DNA from: a virus | Taxonomy: Duplodnaviria > Caudoviricetes | Virus record (IMG/VR): IMGVR_UViG_3300031718_000015 | Span: 1-50,494 of that record | DNA length: 50,494 bases | Direction: 5' to 3' (one strand) | Shown: one piece after another, positions 35,927-43,778 of the stretch | Layout: the number at the start of each line of letters is the position of its first letter | How positions within the stretch are numbered: position 1 is the stretch's first letter | Position numbers and translations under genes: made by a program | Notes under the pieces: generated by a model | The model's input: only the letters and a program-made list of their open reading frames with translations | What the model was told of the DNA's origin: nothing | Databases searched by the model: none

Positions 35927-36307
35927 ATGTGGCCAGGGCATGAAGCGACGATGTTCATTGACGATATTATGTTACCATGTCAACTAAATGCCCGTTTAGA
36001 TAGAGACCCTCAGAGACAACTATTGGTTGCGGTGTTTATAGACGCACTCTCATGTGTTGTAGACCTACGAACCAACAGTAAGCATCGCCTGGCCGCGCTC
36101 GATTGGTTTGATGATGATACACCCCATGACGACTACTCACTAACCTTTCTCTATATCTGTGAGGTGCTAGGTTATAACCCAGCCCAGTGGCGCCACTTCG
36201 TGCACCAACCACCAATCGCGGGCCGGCAGTTTAGGCGAGCTTCGGTTTCGAGAATCAAACGCGAGCGAACACGTAATCACTCGCTCAATCTCAAACAGCT
36301 CGGCTAA
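35927..36307 (+). CDS. Conserved helical hypothetical protein with LxxLG C-tail
   Basis: PQRQLLVAVFIDA...ALDWF...TFLYICEVLGYNP; GGAG RBS; ends SLNLKQLG; start uncertain. Confidence 0.7.
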   Translation: MWPGHEATMFIDDIMLPCQLNARLDRDPQRQLLVAVFIDALSCVVDLRTNSKHRLAALDWFDDDTPHDDYSLTFLYICEVLGYNPAQWRHFVHQPPIAGRQFRRASVSRIKRERTRNHSLNLKQLG

Positions 36308-36332
36308 TATCTATTGCAATATGGAATAGCTA
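36308..36332. repeat. 25-bp quasi-palindrome, copy 7
   Basis: TATCTATTGCAATATGGAATAGCTA; exactly fills the gap between TAA (36307) and ATG (36333). Confidence 0.92.
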
Positions 36333-36548
36333 ATGCCTGATAAAACAATCGAAATCGAAGACTGCAACTGTCTTGGCGAAAGTGAGAAAGCCTGTCTAAT
36401 CGAGCTTGGCGACGATTGTCGTAAGGCTGGCGAGGCAGTGTGGATACCTAAGTCACAGATACATGACGATAGTGAAGTGTGGAAGAAAGGGCAGGTAGGA
36501 AAGCTCGTGATCACCGAATGGATCGCAGAGCAGAAGGGTTTGATTTAA
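36333..36548 (+). CDS. Small conserved phage beta-barrel protein
   Basis: ESEKACLI...VWIPKSQI...LVITEWIAEQKGL. Confidence 0.75.
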   Translation: MPDKTIEIEDCNCLGESEKACLIELGDDCRKAGEAVWIPKSQIHDDSEVWKKGQVGKLVITEWIAEQKGLI

Positions 36549-36577
36549 TGACACCAGCATTAGCGCCGCTAATGGCG

Positions 36578-36634
36578 ATCATTAGGCGAATTCATGCTAT
36601 GATGCTTGATTGAGCAGCTCGCCTGTGCTATCCT
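36578..36634 (+). promoter_or_regulatory. Promoter with ATTAG-N5-TTCATGCT box
   Basis: Box ends 36598; TTGATT (36606)-17 nt-TATCCT with TGn. Confidence 0.68.
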
Positions 36635-36641
36635 ATTCATC

Positions 36642-36818
36642 ATGGAACGTGAGAATTACACCGAGCGAGAATGGAAAATGCTATTGCGAGGGGCTGTCAT
36701 TCTGGATGAAGCTTATGATACTCGCGCTAAATTCAAGCAGCTAATTTTAGGTAACGCATGGATAGAGTTAGGAAATAAACGGTGGACAGATAGAGAACCT
36801 TACGCAACTGGCCGATAG
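36642..36818 (+). CDS. Hypothetical protein, probably leaderless
   Basis: ATG 7 nt after the -10 box. Confidence 0.55.
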   Translation: MERENYTEREWKMLLRGAVILDEAYDTRAKFKQLILGNAWIELGNKRWTDREPYATGR

Positions 36819-36840
36819 GCCGCCGAAGGAGACCTGGGAA

Positions 36841-37044
36841 ATGTCAACGATGAAAACGGCTACGGGTTGTATCGAGCTGGGTGCGAATCATCCACTCGAA
36901 AGGGCGTTCGAGATTCCGAATGGTGAGCAGGATGGTGGGCCACGTAAATATATGGCTCGTGACCAAGTACGCATAGTACTCACTGGTCATTACGGCCGGC
37001 CCGCGCTATTCAACGTCATCGCATGGTGCGAGGCACAACGATGA
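36841..37044 (+). CDS. Hypothetical protein
   Basis: AAGGAG RBS; coupled to the next gene. Confidence 0.6.
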   Translation: MSTMKTATGCIELGANHPLERAFEIPNGEQDGGPRKYMARDQVRIVLTGHYGRPALFNVIAWCEAQR

Positions 37045-37391
37045 TACAGTGCTCTGCCTGTCAGAAGCCAGTTCTTGAGGTCTTTGAAGACCAATGCGAG
37101 CCATGCTACAAGAAGCTCAAGATCACTCCACTTGTCGATCTACGCAATCAAACTCTCAAAGAACTCTCTCGGATAGATGGGCTTTTAACGGCCAAGCTCG
37201 AAAAGCTCGCACGCTCAAGTCGTCACAATCTCAACATGAGCTTTACCTGTGAGTGTGGTGAGAAGCACAAGAGCGGGCTAGACCTAATCGCCCATCTCCC
37301 CGACTGCGCCGGCCCGAAACCCCAAACCCACCGGAATGGCTTTCACTCAAAGCTGATGAGACAGCCAATTTCGTTGAAGGACTTGGGCTAA
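37041..37391 (+). CDS. Zinc-finger protein with LxxLG C-tail
   Basis: CSAC..CEPC and CEC..H...C; ends QPISLKDLG. Confidence 0.7.
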   Translation: MIQCSACQKPVLEVFEDQCEPCYKKLKITPLVDLRNQTLKELSRIDGLLTAKLEKLARSSRHNLNMSFTCECGEKHKSGLDLIAHLPDCAGPKPQTHRNGFHSKLMRQPISLKDLG

Positions 37392-37392
37392 C

Positions 37393-37605
37393 ATGGGCCG
37401 CATACAAGACCGCCTTCACTCACAACTAATCGCTCACGACCCCAACAAGAACTGGGACCCCCAATGCGTAGGCTGTTCGATTGCCGCTCGCAAACTCGTC
37501 ATGATGTTCAATTGGCAATCGGGCCGAGGCTCCATCATACCGTGGGGTGATAGACCGGTCTGGGGTTACAATCAACAAAACATCAAACACAACGAGAGAG
37601 AATAA
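37393..37605 (+). CDS. Hypothetical protein
   Basis: 70 aa, coupled; H..H..CxxC. Confidence 0.55.
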   Translation: MGRIQDRLHSQLIAHDPNKNWDPQCVGCSIAARKLVMMFNWQSGRGSIIPWGDRPVWGYNQQNIKHNERE

Positions 37606-37889
37606 TGCAACTACAAGACGTTAGATGTTGCGATTTCTGTAACGACCCAAATGCTCCTTATGTTTGGGCATTTCGGGGGCAGACCATACCAGTTGGTACA
37701 CCAATGAAGATACTTCAAGAGCTTATTATCCACCCTGAATGGTTCGCTTGTGCTTACTGTCATCAAATGCTCCAGAACAGAAACGTCACGAGCCTACTCG
37801 ACCACAACAAAGACATCAAAACCCCAGAACAACGCAAGTATTTAGCTCGCTTTTACCAGTCGTTAATCGACAACCTACAAACCAACTAA
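37605..37889 (+). CDS. Putative zinc-binding protein
   Basis: CDFC...WFACAYC. Confidence 0.65.
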   Translation: MQLQDVRCCDFCNDPNAPYVWAFRGQTIPVGTPMKILQELIIHPEWFACAYCHQMLQNRNVTSLLDHNKDIKTPEQRKYLARFYQSLIDNLQTN

Positions 37890-37902
37890 AAGGAGAACGC
37901 CA

Positions 37903-38478
37903 ATGGCAAATGAACTAACCTACAAACAGCGCTACGACCTCACTCATAATATCAAAAAGGGTAAGACCACGCCACACAATGCTGACCTAATACTCGTCGA
38001 CCGCTCCGGCTCGATGGGCCTGACAGCTATCGGTGGCAAGACTCGCATTCAATGTGTACGAGAAGCACTGGCGCCCTTCAAAAATCGCGCGCATGTTCTA
38101 GCCTTCAATGAACGCTGCGACGAGGTTGACTGTGACGCAATTCCAGGCGCTTCAGGTGGCACCAACCTGGCCGGCGCCCTGCAAGTGGCTGAGACACTCG
38201 AACCCATTCATGTGCTCGTGATGTGTGATGGTGAACCAAACTCCAAACCACAAGCTCTCGAATGGGCCGCGAAGATTGCGACACAGTGTCTCATCGACGC
38301 TCTCTACATCGGGCCGGAATCGGACGGTGAGGCTATCGCGTTCATGAAAGAACTCGCAAGCGTCGGCCACGGTCGCTTCTCGATGTTCTCGCTGAATGAG
38401 CAATCGCCCTTGCTCTTGGGCCAGCGAGTTGCGACGCTATTGGCATTGCCCGACCCCTCGATGGTGGTGAAACTCTAA
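37903..38478 (+). CDS. von Willebrand factor A domain protein
   Basis: MIDAS DRSGS, GGTNL, VMCDGEPN; AAGGAG RBS. Confidence 0.88.
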   Translation: MANELTYKQRYDLTHNIKKGKTTPHNADLILVDRSGSMGLTAIGGKTRIQCVREALAPFKNRAHVLAFNERCDEVDCDAIPGASGGTNLAGALQVAETLEPIHVLVMCDGEPNSKPQALEWAAKIATQCLIDALYIGPESDGEAIAFMKELASVGHGRFSMFSLNEQSPLLLGQRVATLLALPDPSMVVKL

Positions 38479-38663
38479 TGTCAGCACCTTCACTTTGGAA
38501 ATTCGTTCTTAAAGTGCAACTCAAGAACGTCGTGAGCTATCATACGTTTCTCGCATCGAGTCGGGAGGCACTTTACGAAATACGTAACCAGTACCCAACC
38601 TGGGCCACAACTGAAGTGGTACAAGAATTAGAGTACTCAAAGGGCTTTCAGTTACTAGCATGA
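38478..38663 (+). CDS. Hypothetical protein
   Basis: 61 aa, overlaps both neighbours by coupling. Confidence 0.55.
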   Translation: MSAPSLWKFVLKVQLKNVVSYHTFLASSREALYEIRNQYPTWATTEVVQELEYSKGFQLLA

Positions 38664-39004
38664 ACGGCAACGGCTTTGTTGGTCATCTAACAGACCCGCC
38701 CTGCAAGATGCGTCTCGCGGAGATGTTCTATGACTCGAATTGTCCCCGCTGCTGTATGATCAAGAAGGTTGTCTTACTCAGACGCAAACGTCAGGAGCTT
38801 GGTTGTAGTGAAGAAGAAGAAACCGCCGCACAAACCATCAGTGACCAGCTTGTTGCGAAGTATGGTCTCACACGAGGCGAAGTATATGACCGCTTGTACA
38901 CGCCCCCACCAACTGTACAAGAGTTCAAAGAGACCGTAGTCTGGGCTGTGAGAAAACAAAAGGCAAAGGGCGGGCCGCGACGCACGCTCTCGGAGTTAGG
39001 TTAA
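38660..39004 (+). CDS. DUF2786-like protein with LxxLG C-tail
   Basis: IKKVVLL...SEEEETAAQ....LVAKYGLT; ends RRTLSELG. Confidence 0.6.
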   Translation: MNGNGFVGHLTDPPCKMRLAEMFYDSNCPRCCMIKKVVLLRRKRQELGCSEEEETAAQTISDQLVAKYGLTRGEVYDRLYTPPPTVQEFKETVVWAVRKQKAKGGPRRTLSELG

Positions 39005-39279
39005 TGTGGCAACAAGCACGTGTTATAAAAGGTCAGCACAAAGACCGTACACTGTGGGTCAAAACTGAACGACCACATAACTGCTCTTATGACAACACAC
39101 TCCACTTTCACTCCAACCTCAGTGACCCACCCCTTGGTGACGTGTGTGTTCGTTGTGACATGGTCGAATTACTGTCCATTTTTGAGGAAGTTATACCAAT
39201 TATCACTTCCTCCACGTGGGGCATCAAACCAGAAGAATGGGAACTAAAACCCACTATCGGACCAAAAGGAGCACCCTAA
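39004..39279 (+). CDS. Hypothetical protein
   Basis: TAATG coupling on both sides. Confidence 0.6.
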   Translation: MWQQARVIKGQHKDRTLWVKTERPHNCSYDNTLHFHSNLSDPPLGDVCVRCDMVELLSIFEEVIPIITSSTWGIKPEEWELKPTIGPKGAP

Positions 39280-39434
39280 TGGCAGATGTAAAACACGGTG
39301 GTTGTGCAAAATGTGGCTCGAAGACCGAACCCGAACTCACGAGTCGCCCCTTCGGTGATCACAGCGAGGCGCTCTGTAAAGAGTGTGCTGAGAAAATCGA
39401 CACCCAACGCGGCGAGATTCAGCAACGTGGGTGA
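39279..39434 (+). CDS. Small zinc-ribbon protein
   Basis: AAGGAG RBS; CAKC...LCKEC. Confidence 0.6.
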   Translation: MADVKHGGCAKCGSKTEPELTSRPFGDHSEALCKECAEKIDTQRGEIQQRG

Positions 39435-39912
39435 GCACCACTGGCTCGCAGGCTCGCAACTTATAGATAAGGTCAAATCGAGCTACCTTATGGAAGAAAC
39501 TGTACGAGAAGCATGGCGCAAGCGAGCACTGCTTGGTATTAGTGATAGAGTGGCTAACGTCAGTGGCCCCTGCATCCACGATGGGTGTGGGGGTCAGGGC
39601 TTTGACCTAACCGACGAGTTGTGTTCAACTCACTTCGTAACCGACGTAATCGCCAACATGGAAGACGTCCTCCATGAAGCCAACATCAACTGGGCCGCGG
39701 CCTGCGTTGCCGAGAGTAACCAGAAAGAAATCTGGCGTTGCACCTGTGGTTTTCTTGGCACCTTTCAAGAACGTGAATTGCACTTTAATGCCCTTCATAG
39801 TGATGCAAGTGTCAGTCATGGTCCACCAGTGCGTAATCAGGTGGTTCGAACAACACAAACGCGTGCGCCGAGCACCCACAAACAAGCTATCAAGCTAGGA
39901 GACCTGGGATAA
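39427..39912 (+). CDS. Cys/His-rich protein with LxxLG C-tail
   Basis: C....C...C..H and CTC...H; ends QAIKLGDLG; start uncertain. Confidence 0.62.
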   Translation: MGEHHWLAGSQLIDKVKSSYLMEETVREAWRKRALLGISDRVANVSGPCIHDGCGGQGFDLTDELCSTHFVTDVIANMEDVLHEANINWAAACVAESNQKEIWRCTCGFLGTFQERELHFNALHSDASVSHGPPVRNQVVRTTQTRAPSTHKQAIKLGDLG

Positions 39913-40100
39913 TGGAACTAACATTCACCAAAGCAAAGGAGACCAAGGGTACATGGCAGTTTCAAGAGACGGGTTTTCCAGTCGGGGCCAGACCCGTTGT
40001 CGGAACGCTCTATCTCACCAAAGACGCGCTTAAAGCTATGGGTTGGCCACAAGAACTCAAGGTCATCATCAATGGCACCAACGGTGGTCAAGTGTCATGA
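39912..40100 (+). CDS. Small conserved phage protein
   Basis: F...KETKGTWQFQE...VGTLYLTK.AL. Confidence 0.7.
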   Translation: MELTFTKAKETKGTWQFQETGFPVGARPVVGTLYLTKDALKAMGWPQELKVIINGTNGGQVS

Positions 40101-40372
40101 GCGCCCCCTCGACCACACCCCGAATCGCCTTGAGCGATAATCTCTCTGCCCGAACCTATCGGGCAGTTGCCCGTATAGCCTATGAGATGGGCATTCAGCC
40201 TGACGACTTGAATGATTGTCGCTATTTATGTTGGCTCACAGAGCTACTCAAGCACGTCAAAGACACCCCCAATAACTTCCCTCGTGGGAAATACTCGACC
40301 ATCAAATTACTCAACGACCTAACCAGCGAGGCGGCCCGCGAAGTGGCGCGAATCTACTATGGCAACGTCTAA
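40097..40372 (+). CDS. Hypothetical protein
   Basis: ATGA overlap with the upstream gene. Confidence 0.55.
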   Translation: MSAPSTTPRIALSDNLSARTYRAVARIAYEMGIQPDDLNDCRYLCWLTELLKHVKDTPNNFPRGKYSTIKLLNDLTSEAAREVARIYYGNV

Positions 40373-40556
40373 TTGGCAACACACAATCTGCGACATTTGT
40401 TGGATAAACAAGTTTCCAGACCGAGAAGCCTTTCGTCTACGTGACGCAAGACAAGAAACCTGTTGCTTCTGTGGTACACATACCAATAGTGGCATATATG
40501 TCCGACAAGACCCAGAAACCGTCGGTTGTGGAGGCGAACATGACACAGACGTTTGA
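40359..40556 (+). CDS. Small zinc-binding protein
   Basis: H.ICDICW...CCFCG..T.SGIYVR.DP. Confidence 0.65.
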   Translation: MATSNWQHTICDICWINKFPDREAFRLRDARQETCCFCGTHTNSGIYVRQDPETVGCGGEHDTDV

Positions 40557-40821
40557 ACCCTACTACACCTCCGATGGTCCTAGCCAACAACGTCTCTGGC
40601 GCTTTCAAAACGGTCTTGGAGCCAGTGTGGTCAAACGCAACGACGCACTAGAAATGGCGGTGATTAAACCCACCGGAGATAAGTCATTTTGGTTGCACTA
40701 TAAGACACCCTTCGGTCCGCCCAAGGCTGGTCTAACCGAAGACCAAGTCCAACAGTTTATATCCGAGATAGCAACTTATCCGAGTGAACTCGCAAAGGCG
40801 GGCCAGGAAGCGAAGTCATGA
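40540..40821 (+). CDS. Conserved phage hypothetical protein
   Basis: GGAGG RBS; FQNGLGASVV...EMAVIK...GLTEDQV. Confidence 0.7.
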   Translation: MTQTFEPYYTSDGPSQQRLWRFQNGLGASVVKRNDALEMAVIKPTGDKSFWLHYKTPFGPPKAGLTEDQVQQFISEIATYPSELAKAGQEAKS

Positions 40822-41144
40822 ACGACTACGAATTACGGAAGTTGGCTGAGACAACACGAGATAATGATGAGAAGTGGCGTCACCATTTCAACTCAAATAT
40901 AACTCCACAGATTGTGCTGCGCCTGCTCGACGAGAATGCGGCGCTACGCAAGGAACTTGATGACCGCTTAAAACTGGATTTAGCTGTCGAGAACGCCGCG
41001 CTCAAGGAACAGATTGCAGCGCTGACAAGCGGCGGTGCGTGTCTCTGCTCATGCGGCGCGCCAATGGCGCATATCTGCGAGAATCAGGCTCATGTGACCG
41101 AAGCTCTCGCCTCAGACGACGCCGCAGCGAAGGAGAAGTCATGA
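40818..41144 (+). CDS. Ead/Ea22-like protein
   Basis: ELRKLAE...TPQIVLRLLDE followed by a coiled coil. Confidence 0.55.
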   Translation: MNDYELRKLAETTRDNDEKWRHHFNSNITPQIVLRLLDENAALRKELDDRLKLDLAVENAALKEQIAALTSGGACLCSCGAPMAHICENQAHVTEALASDDAAAKEKS

Positions 41145-41386
41145 CTGATCAGCAACAAGCAACAGCGCGGCACGATGCGGCAGTTGGGCTACTACAAACG
41201 TATCATGACCTCAATCGTCGTTTCGGCTTCTGTCTAAAAGAACTGCGTCAGCGGGCGCAACTCTCGTTGAGGCAACTTGGCAAGCTCGTAGAGACAGACC
41301 ATGCCTATCTTCACCGCTTAGAACATGGAGTAAAGACAAACCCCTCAGAAGAACTCGTCAAACGGCTGCATAGGTGCTTGCGATGA
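41141..41386 (+). CDS. XRE-family HTH protein
   Basis: FGFCLKELRQRAQLSLRQLG...AYLHRLEHG..NPS. Confidence 0.82.
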   Translation: MTDQQQATARHDAAVGLLQTYHDLNRRFGFCLKELRQRAQLSLRQLGKLVETDHAYLHRLEHGVKTNPSEELVKRLHRCLR

Positions 41387-41715
41387 CCGACCTCGAACAA
41401 TGGCAAGCGGCGTGTGAGCGGGTGGGCTATGAACAACACAGTTGTTGTAGGAACGACCATCCTGACCATATTCATGATTGGAGAGGAAGATGTGCAACTC
41501 GTAACTATCCGCCCCTCGGCGACCCCGCAGCGGTGGTGAAGATGTTGGAGTGGCTAGTTAAAGCGAACGACCCGACCTATCTACGTGCAAGGGAAAAAGC
41601 TAATGCCGTTCGTGATTTATGGATGGAGATTTGGAATGCCACCCGATATCACGGCGAAACGCTACCCCTCGCCCTCGCCGCCGCCGTGAACGCACTTCCA
41701 ACGGAGAAAGCATAA
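41383..41715 (+). CDS. Hypothetical protein
   Basis: Coupled ORF; ends TLPLALAAAV. Confidence 0.6.
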   Translation: MTDLEQWQAACERVGYEQHSCCRNDHPDHIHDWRGRCATRNYPPLGDPAAVVKMLEWLVKANDPTYLRAREKANAVRDLWMEIWNATRYHGETLPLALAAAVNALPTEKA

Positions 41716-41716
41716 A

Positions 41717-42367
41717 ATGGGCGTCGTGATTCAGTTCTGGGGTGATGCTATTCAACCTGGGGATAAACCCGTTTTTATATTTCCACTAATACAGGGTTAT
41801 CTAAAAGGGCAAACACGTGACCCCACTAACACGGCGAACAACTTAGTTAGTTCGTTAAGTGGGATCGTATTGACCGGTTCTGATAGTGCTGGCTCAGTCA
41901 ACCTTGACCAGGTTGGTAATGCCGCCAACACCGAAGCCGGCCTGATAGTCGGGCCGCCACATGAAGACCCTTCGACAGGACAGGTAGCCAACCTTACGGT
42001 TCAAACATCTAAGAATGGCAAGGCACTACAAAACGGTGTGGGCGTCCTCGCCGAGATCGGCGCAAGTGGTATCTATTCTTACACTCTCGATTCCACCGAA
42101 ACTCAAGAACCAGGCTCCCTTCTCGTTGCGGTCGAACCCATTAACCCCAAGGCCATCACCGACGTCTATATCTACCCCGCGTTTCTCAATTGTCGTATCA
42201 TGAAACCTGGTATACCTATCACTAAAGTTACGCGTGAGTCTATTCTCGAAGCCCTAACCGGCCCGAATAGCCCCTTTAGTAATCTCGAAAACTACATCAA
42301 CCAAGCCATTCGTGATCTACTCGGTAACCAAATGACCACCAAACCAACCTTTCGTAGGGATAGTTAA
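41717..42367 (+). CDS. Hypothetical beta-rich protein resembling virion-protein domains
   Basis: SKNG...EIGASGIYSYTLDSTETQEPGSL; GGAG RBS. Confidence 0.65.
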   Translation: MGVVIQFWGDAIQPGDKPVFIFPLIQGYLKGQTRDPTNTANNLVSSLSGIVLTGSDSAGSVNLDQVGNAANTEAGLIVGPPHEDPSTGQVANLTVQTSKNGKALQNGVGVLAEIGASGIYSYTLDSTETQEPGSLLVAVEPINPKAITDVYIYPAFLNCRIMKPGIPITKVTRESILEALTGPNSPFSNLENYINQAIRDLLGNQMTTKPTFRRDS

Positions 42368-42715
42368 ATGGACCCCGACACCTTTGCAGAGATTCTCGGT
42401 CTCGTCGAATCCGATGGTAACCCCAACGCCAAACTAGGTGACGGTGGTCGCGCATTTGGTCGCTGGCAAGTCCACCCCGACTGGGTCTTTGAATGGGCCC
42501 TGCGTCTAAAGGTCACGCCCAAACTCAATGAGCTGTGGGACGACTTCATGCGTCGTCTAATCAAAGCCTTCTACAACTTTCCATTTCACCTGAAGCTTCA
42601 ACCCATAGAGGTCGCGATGACATTCCATATTGGCCACATCACACATGTCGGGCAACCCAATTGGGACGATGATTATGCAACGAGGTTCAAGTTCTACGCC
42701 GCGCAGCAGCATTAG
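42368..42715 (+). CDS. Lysozyme-fold protein (SLT / i-type-like)
   Basis: VESDGNPNA..GDGGRAFGRWQVH. Confidence 0.7.
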   Translation: MDPDTFAEILGLVESDGNPNAKLGDGGRAFGRWQVHPDWVFEWALRLKVTPKLNELWDDFMRRLIKAFYNFPFHLKLQPIEVAMTFHIGHITHVGQPNWDDDYATRFKFYAAQQH

Positions 42716-42764
42716 ATCATTTCATGCTGCTATGCTTGATTGATCATAGGCATTCTGCTATAAT
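42708..42764 (+). promoter_or_regulatory. Promoter with AGCATTAG-N5-TTCATGCT box
   Basis: Box at 42708-42728; TTGATT (42736)-17 nt-TATAAT with TGn. Confidence 0.78.
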
Positions 42765-42790
42765 GCAGTCACAACGGAGGACCAATTTAG

Positions 42791-43006
42791 ATGGCAAGGC
42801 TTTCTAGCACTTCTACAGGAACCGATATCACGGTCGAACCCAAGCTCATCTCCAAACCGGTGAATGAGCTAACGGACGACGAGTTACTCGCGGAGATCGA
42901 ACGCCTACGTGGGGAGCGTGGGACAGCTGTCCAGGCTGCGCGTCGGGGTGGCGGACCGAGTGGACCAAGACCATCACAACCAATCAAATTGGGAGATCTG
43001 GGCTAG
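42791..43006 (+). CDS. 71-aa protein with LxxLG C-tail
   Basis: GGAGG RBS; ELTDDELLAEIERLR helix; ends QPIKLGDLG. Confidence 0.75.
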   Translation: MARLSSTSTGTDITVEPKLISKPVNELTDDELLAEIERLRGERGTAVQAARRGGGPSGPRPSQPIKLGDLG

Positions 43007-43194
43007 TGCGCATAAAAGTCTATGTGCTTAACATTGATGGATCTGTAACACTGCGTGAAGAGTTCGTGCCTGGGGAGGTTAAGAAAATTAGGTGTGAAGG
43101 CGAACAATTTAGTGTTGAGTTCACAGGACCATCCGCCTTAGGTCGAACATCAAGCACTCAAAATATCCAAGCTATTGAGGTCACTGATGACTAA
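43006..43194 (+). CDS. Hypothetical protein
   Basis: GTG coupled to the upstream stop. Confidence 0.55.
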   Translation: MRIKVYVLNIDGSVTLREEFVPGEVKKIRCEGEQFSVEFTGPSALGRTSSTQNIQAIEVTDD

Positions 43195-43510
43195 GGAACA
43201 ACTCGACAAAATCGTCCAACAAAACATCGACGATGGGGCGGCATTCCCATATCTACTAACCCATTGTCCCCGCTCACTAGCTCTCCTCGACGAACTCCTC
43301 AAAAAGGGCCAGGACACCCACGAGCCAATGGACTGGATTGCACTCGGTCTCAATGGCAATCGTGACCATGCCATCGACCACCTTCGTAAAATGATGGGAC
43401 CACGCCTTATCGGCGATCACGACAATCACTGGCTCAACGCGGTGTGTCGCTTGATGTTCTGCCTAGAATTACTCGAGGCCGCGAAAGATGTTCAAACCCC
43501 TGGGACATAG
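43187..43510 (+). CDS. Degenerate DUF5664-like (dATP/dGTP diphosphohydrolase-like) protein
   Basis: KG..TH...DW...DHAIDHL...D.HWLNAVCRLMF pattern. Confidence 0.45.
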   Translation: MTKEQLDKIVQQNIDDGAAFPYLLTHCPRSLALLDELLKKGQDTHEPMDWIALGLNGNRDHAIDHLRKMMGPRLIGDHDNHWLNAVCRLMFCLELLEAAKDVQTPGT

Positions 43511-43778
43511 AATACTCGTGAAACGCTGGCCCGAAGTCGAAGAACGTGAGAGTGGTCTAATCCTGCCAGCGGCGGCCCGTGAGCTACCACAAATCGGCCG
43601 TGTCATCGCGGTGAGCGGCCCCATTGACGTTGAGGTGGGAGATGACGTGATATTCGAGAAGTTTGTCAAAACCGACTATCGAATCTACATCAAAGACAAC
43701 GAGTACTTACTCTTACCTTATGACGCTCTCTACGCTGTGATTGTCGGTGGCGTGAGCGGGATAGCTATTGCAGGATGA
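43488..43778 (+). CDS. groES: Co-chaperonin GroES-like
   Basis: FKPLGHRILVK...ESGLILP...GRVIAV...VEVGDDVIFEKF...EYLLL. Confidence 0.9.
   Translation: MFKPLGHRILVKRWPEVEERESGLILPAAARELPQIGRVIAVSGPIDVEVGDDVIFEKFVKTDYRIYIKDNEYLLLPYDALYAVIVGGVSGIAIAG

Noticed and set aside
30000-37000. Sharp GC-skew switch at ~35.13 kb
   Set aside because: Spot counts suggest G-rich sequence to the left and C-rich further right, but exceptions exist (e.g. ~36.5 kb); it cannot be claimed without a computed skew.
43488-43778. GroES without GroEL as a novelty
   Set aside because: Stand-alone co-chaperonins are well known in phages.
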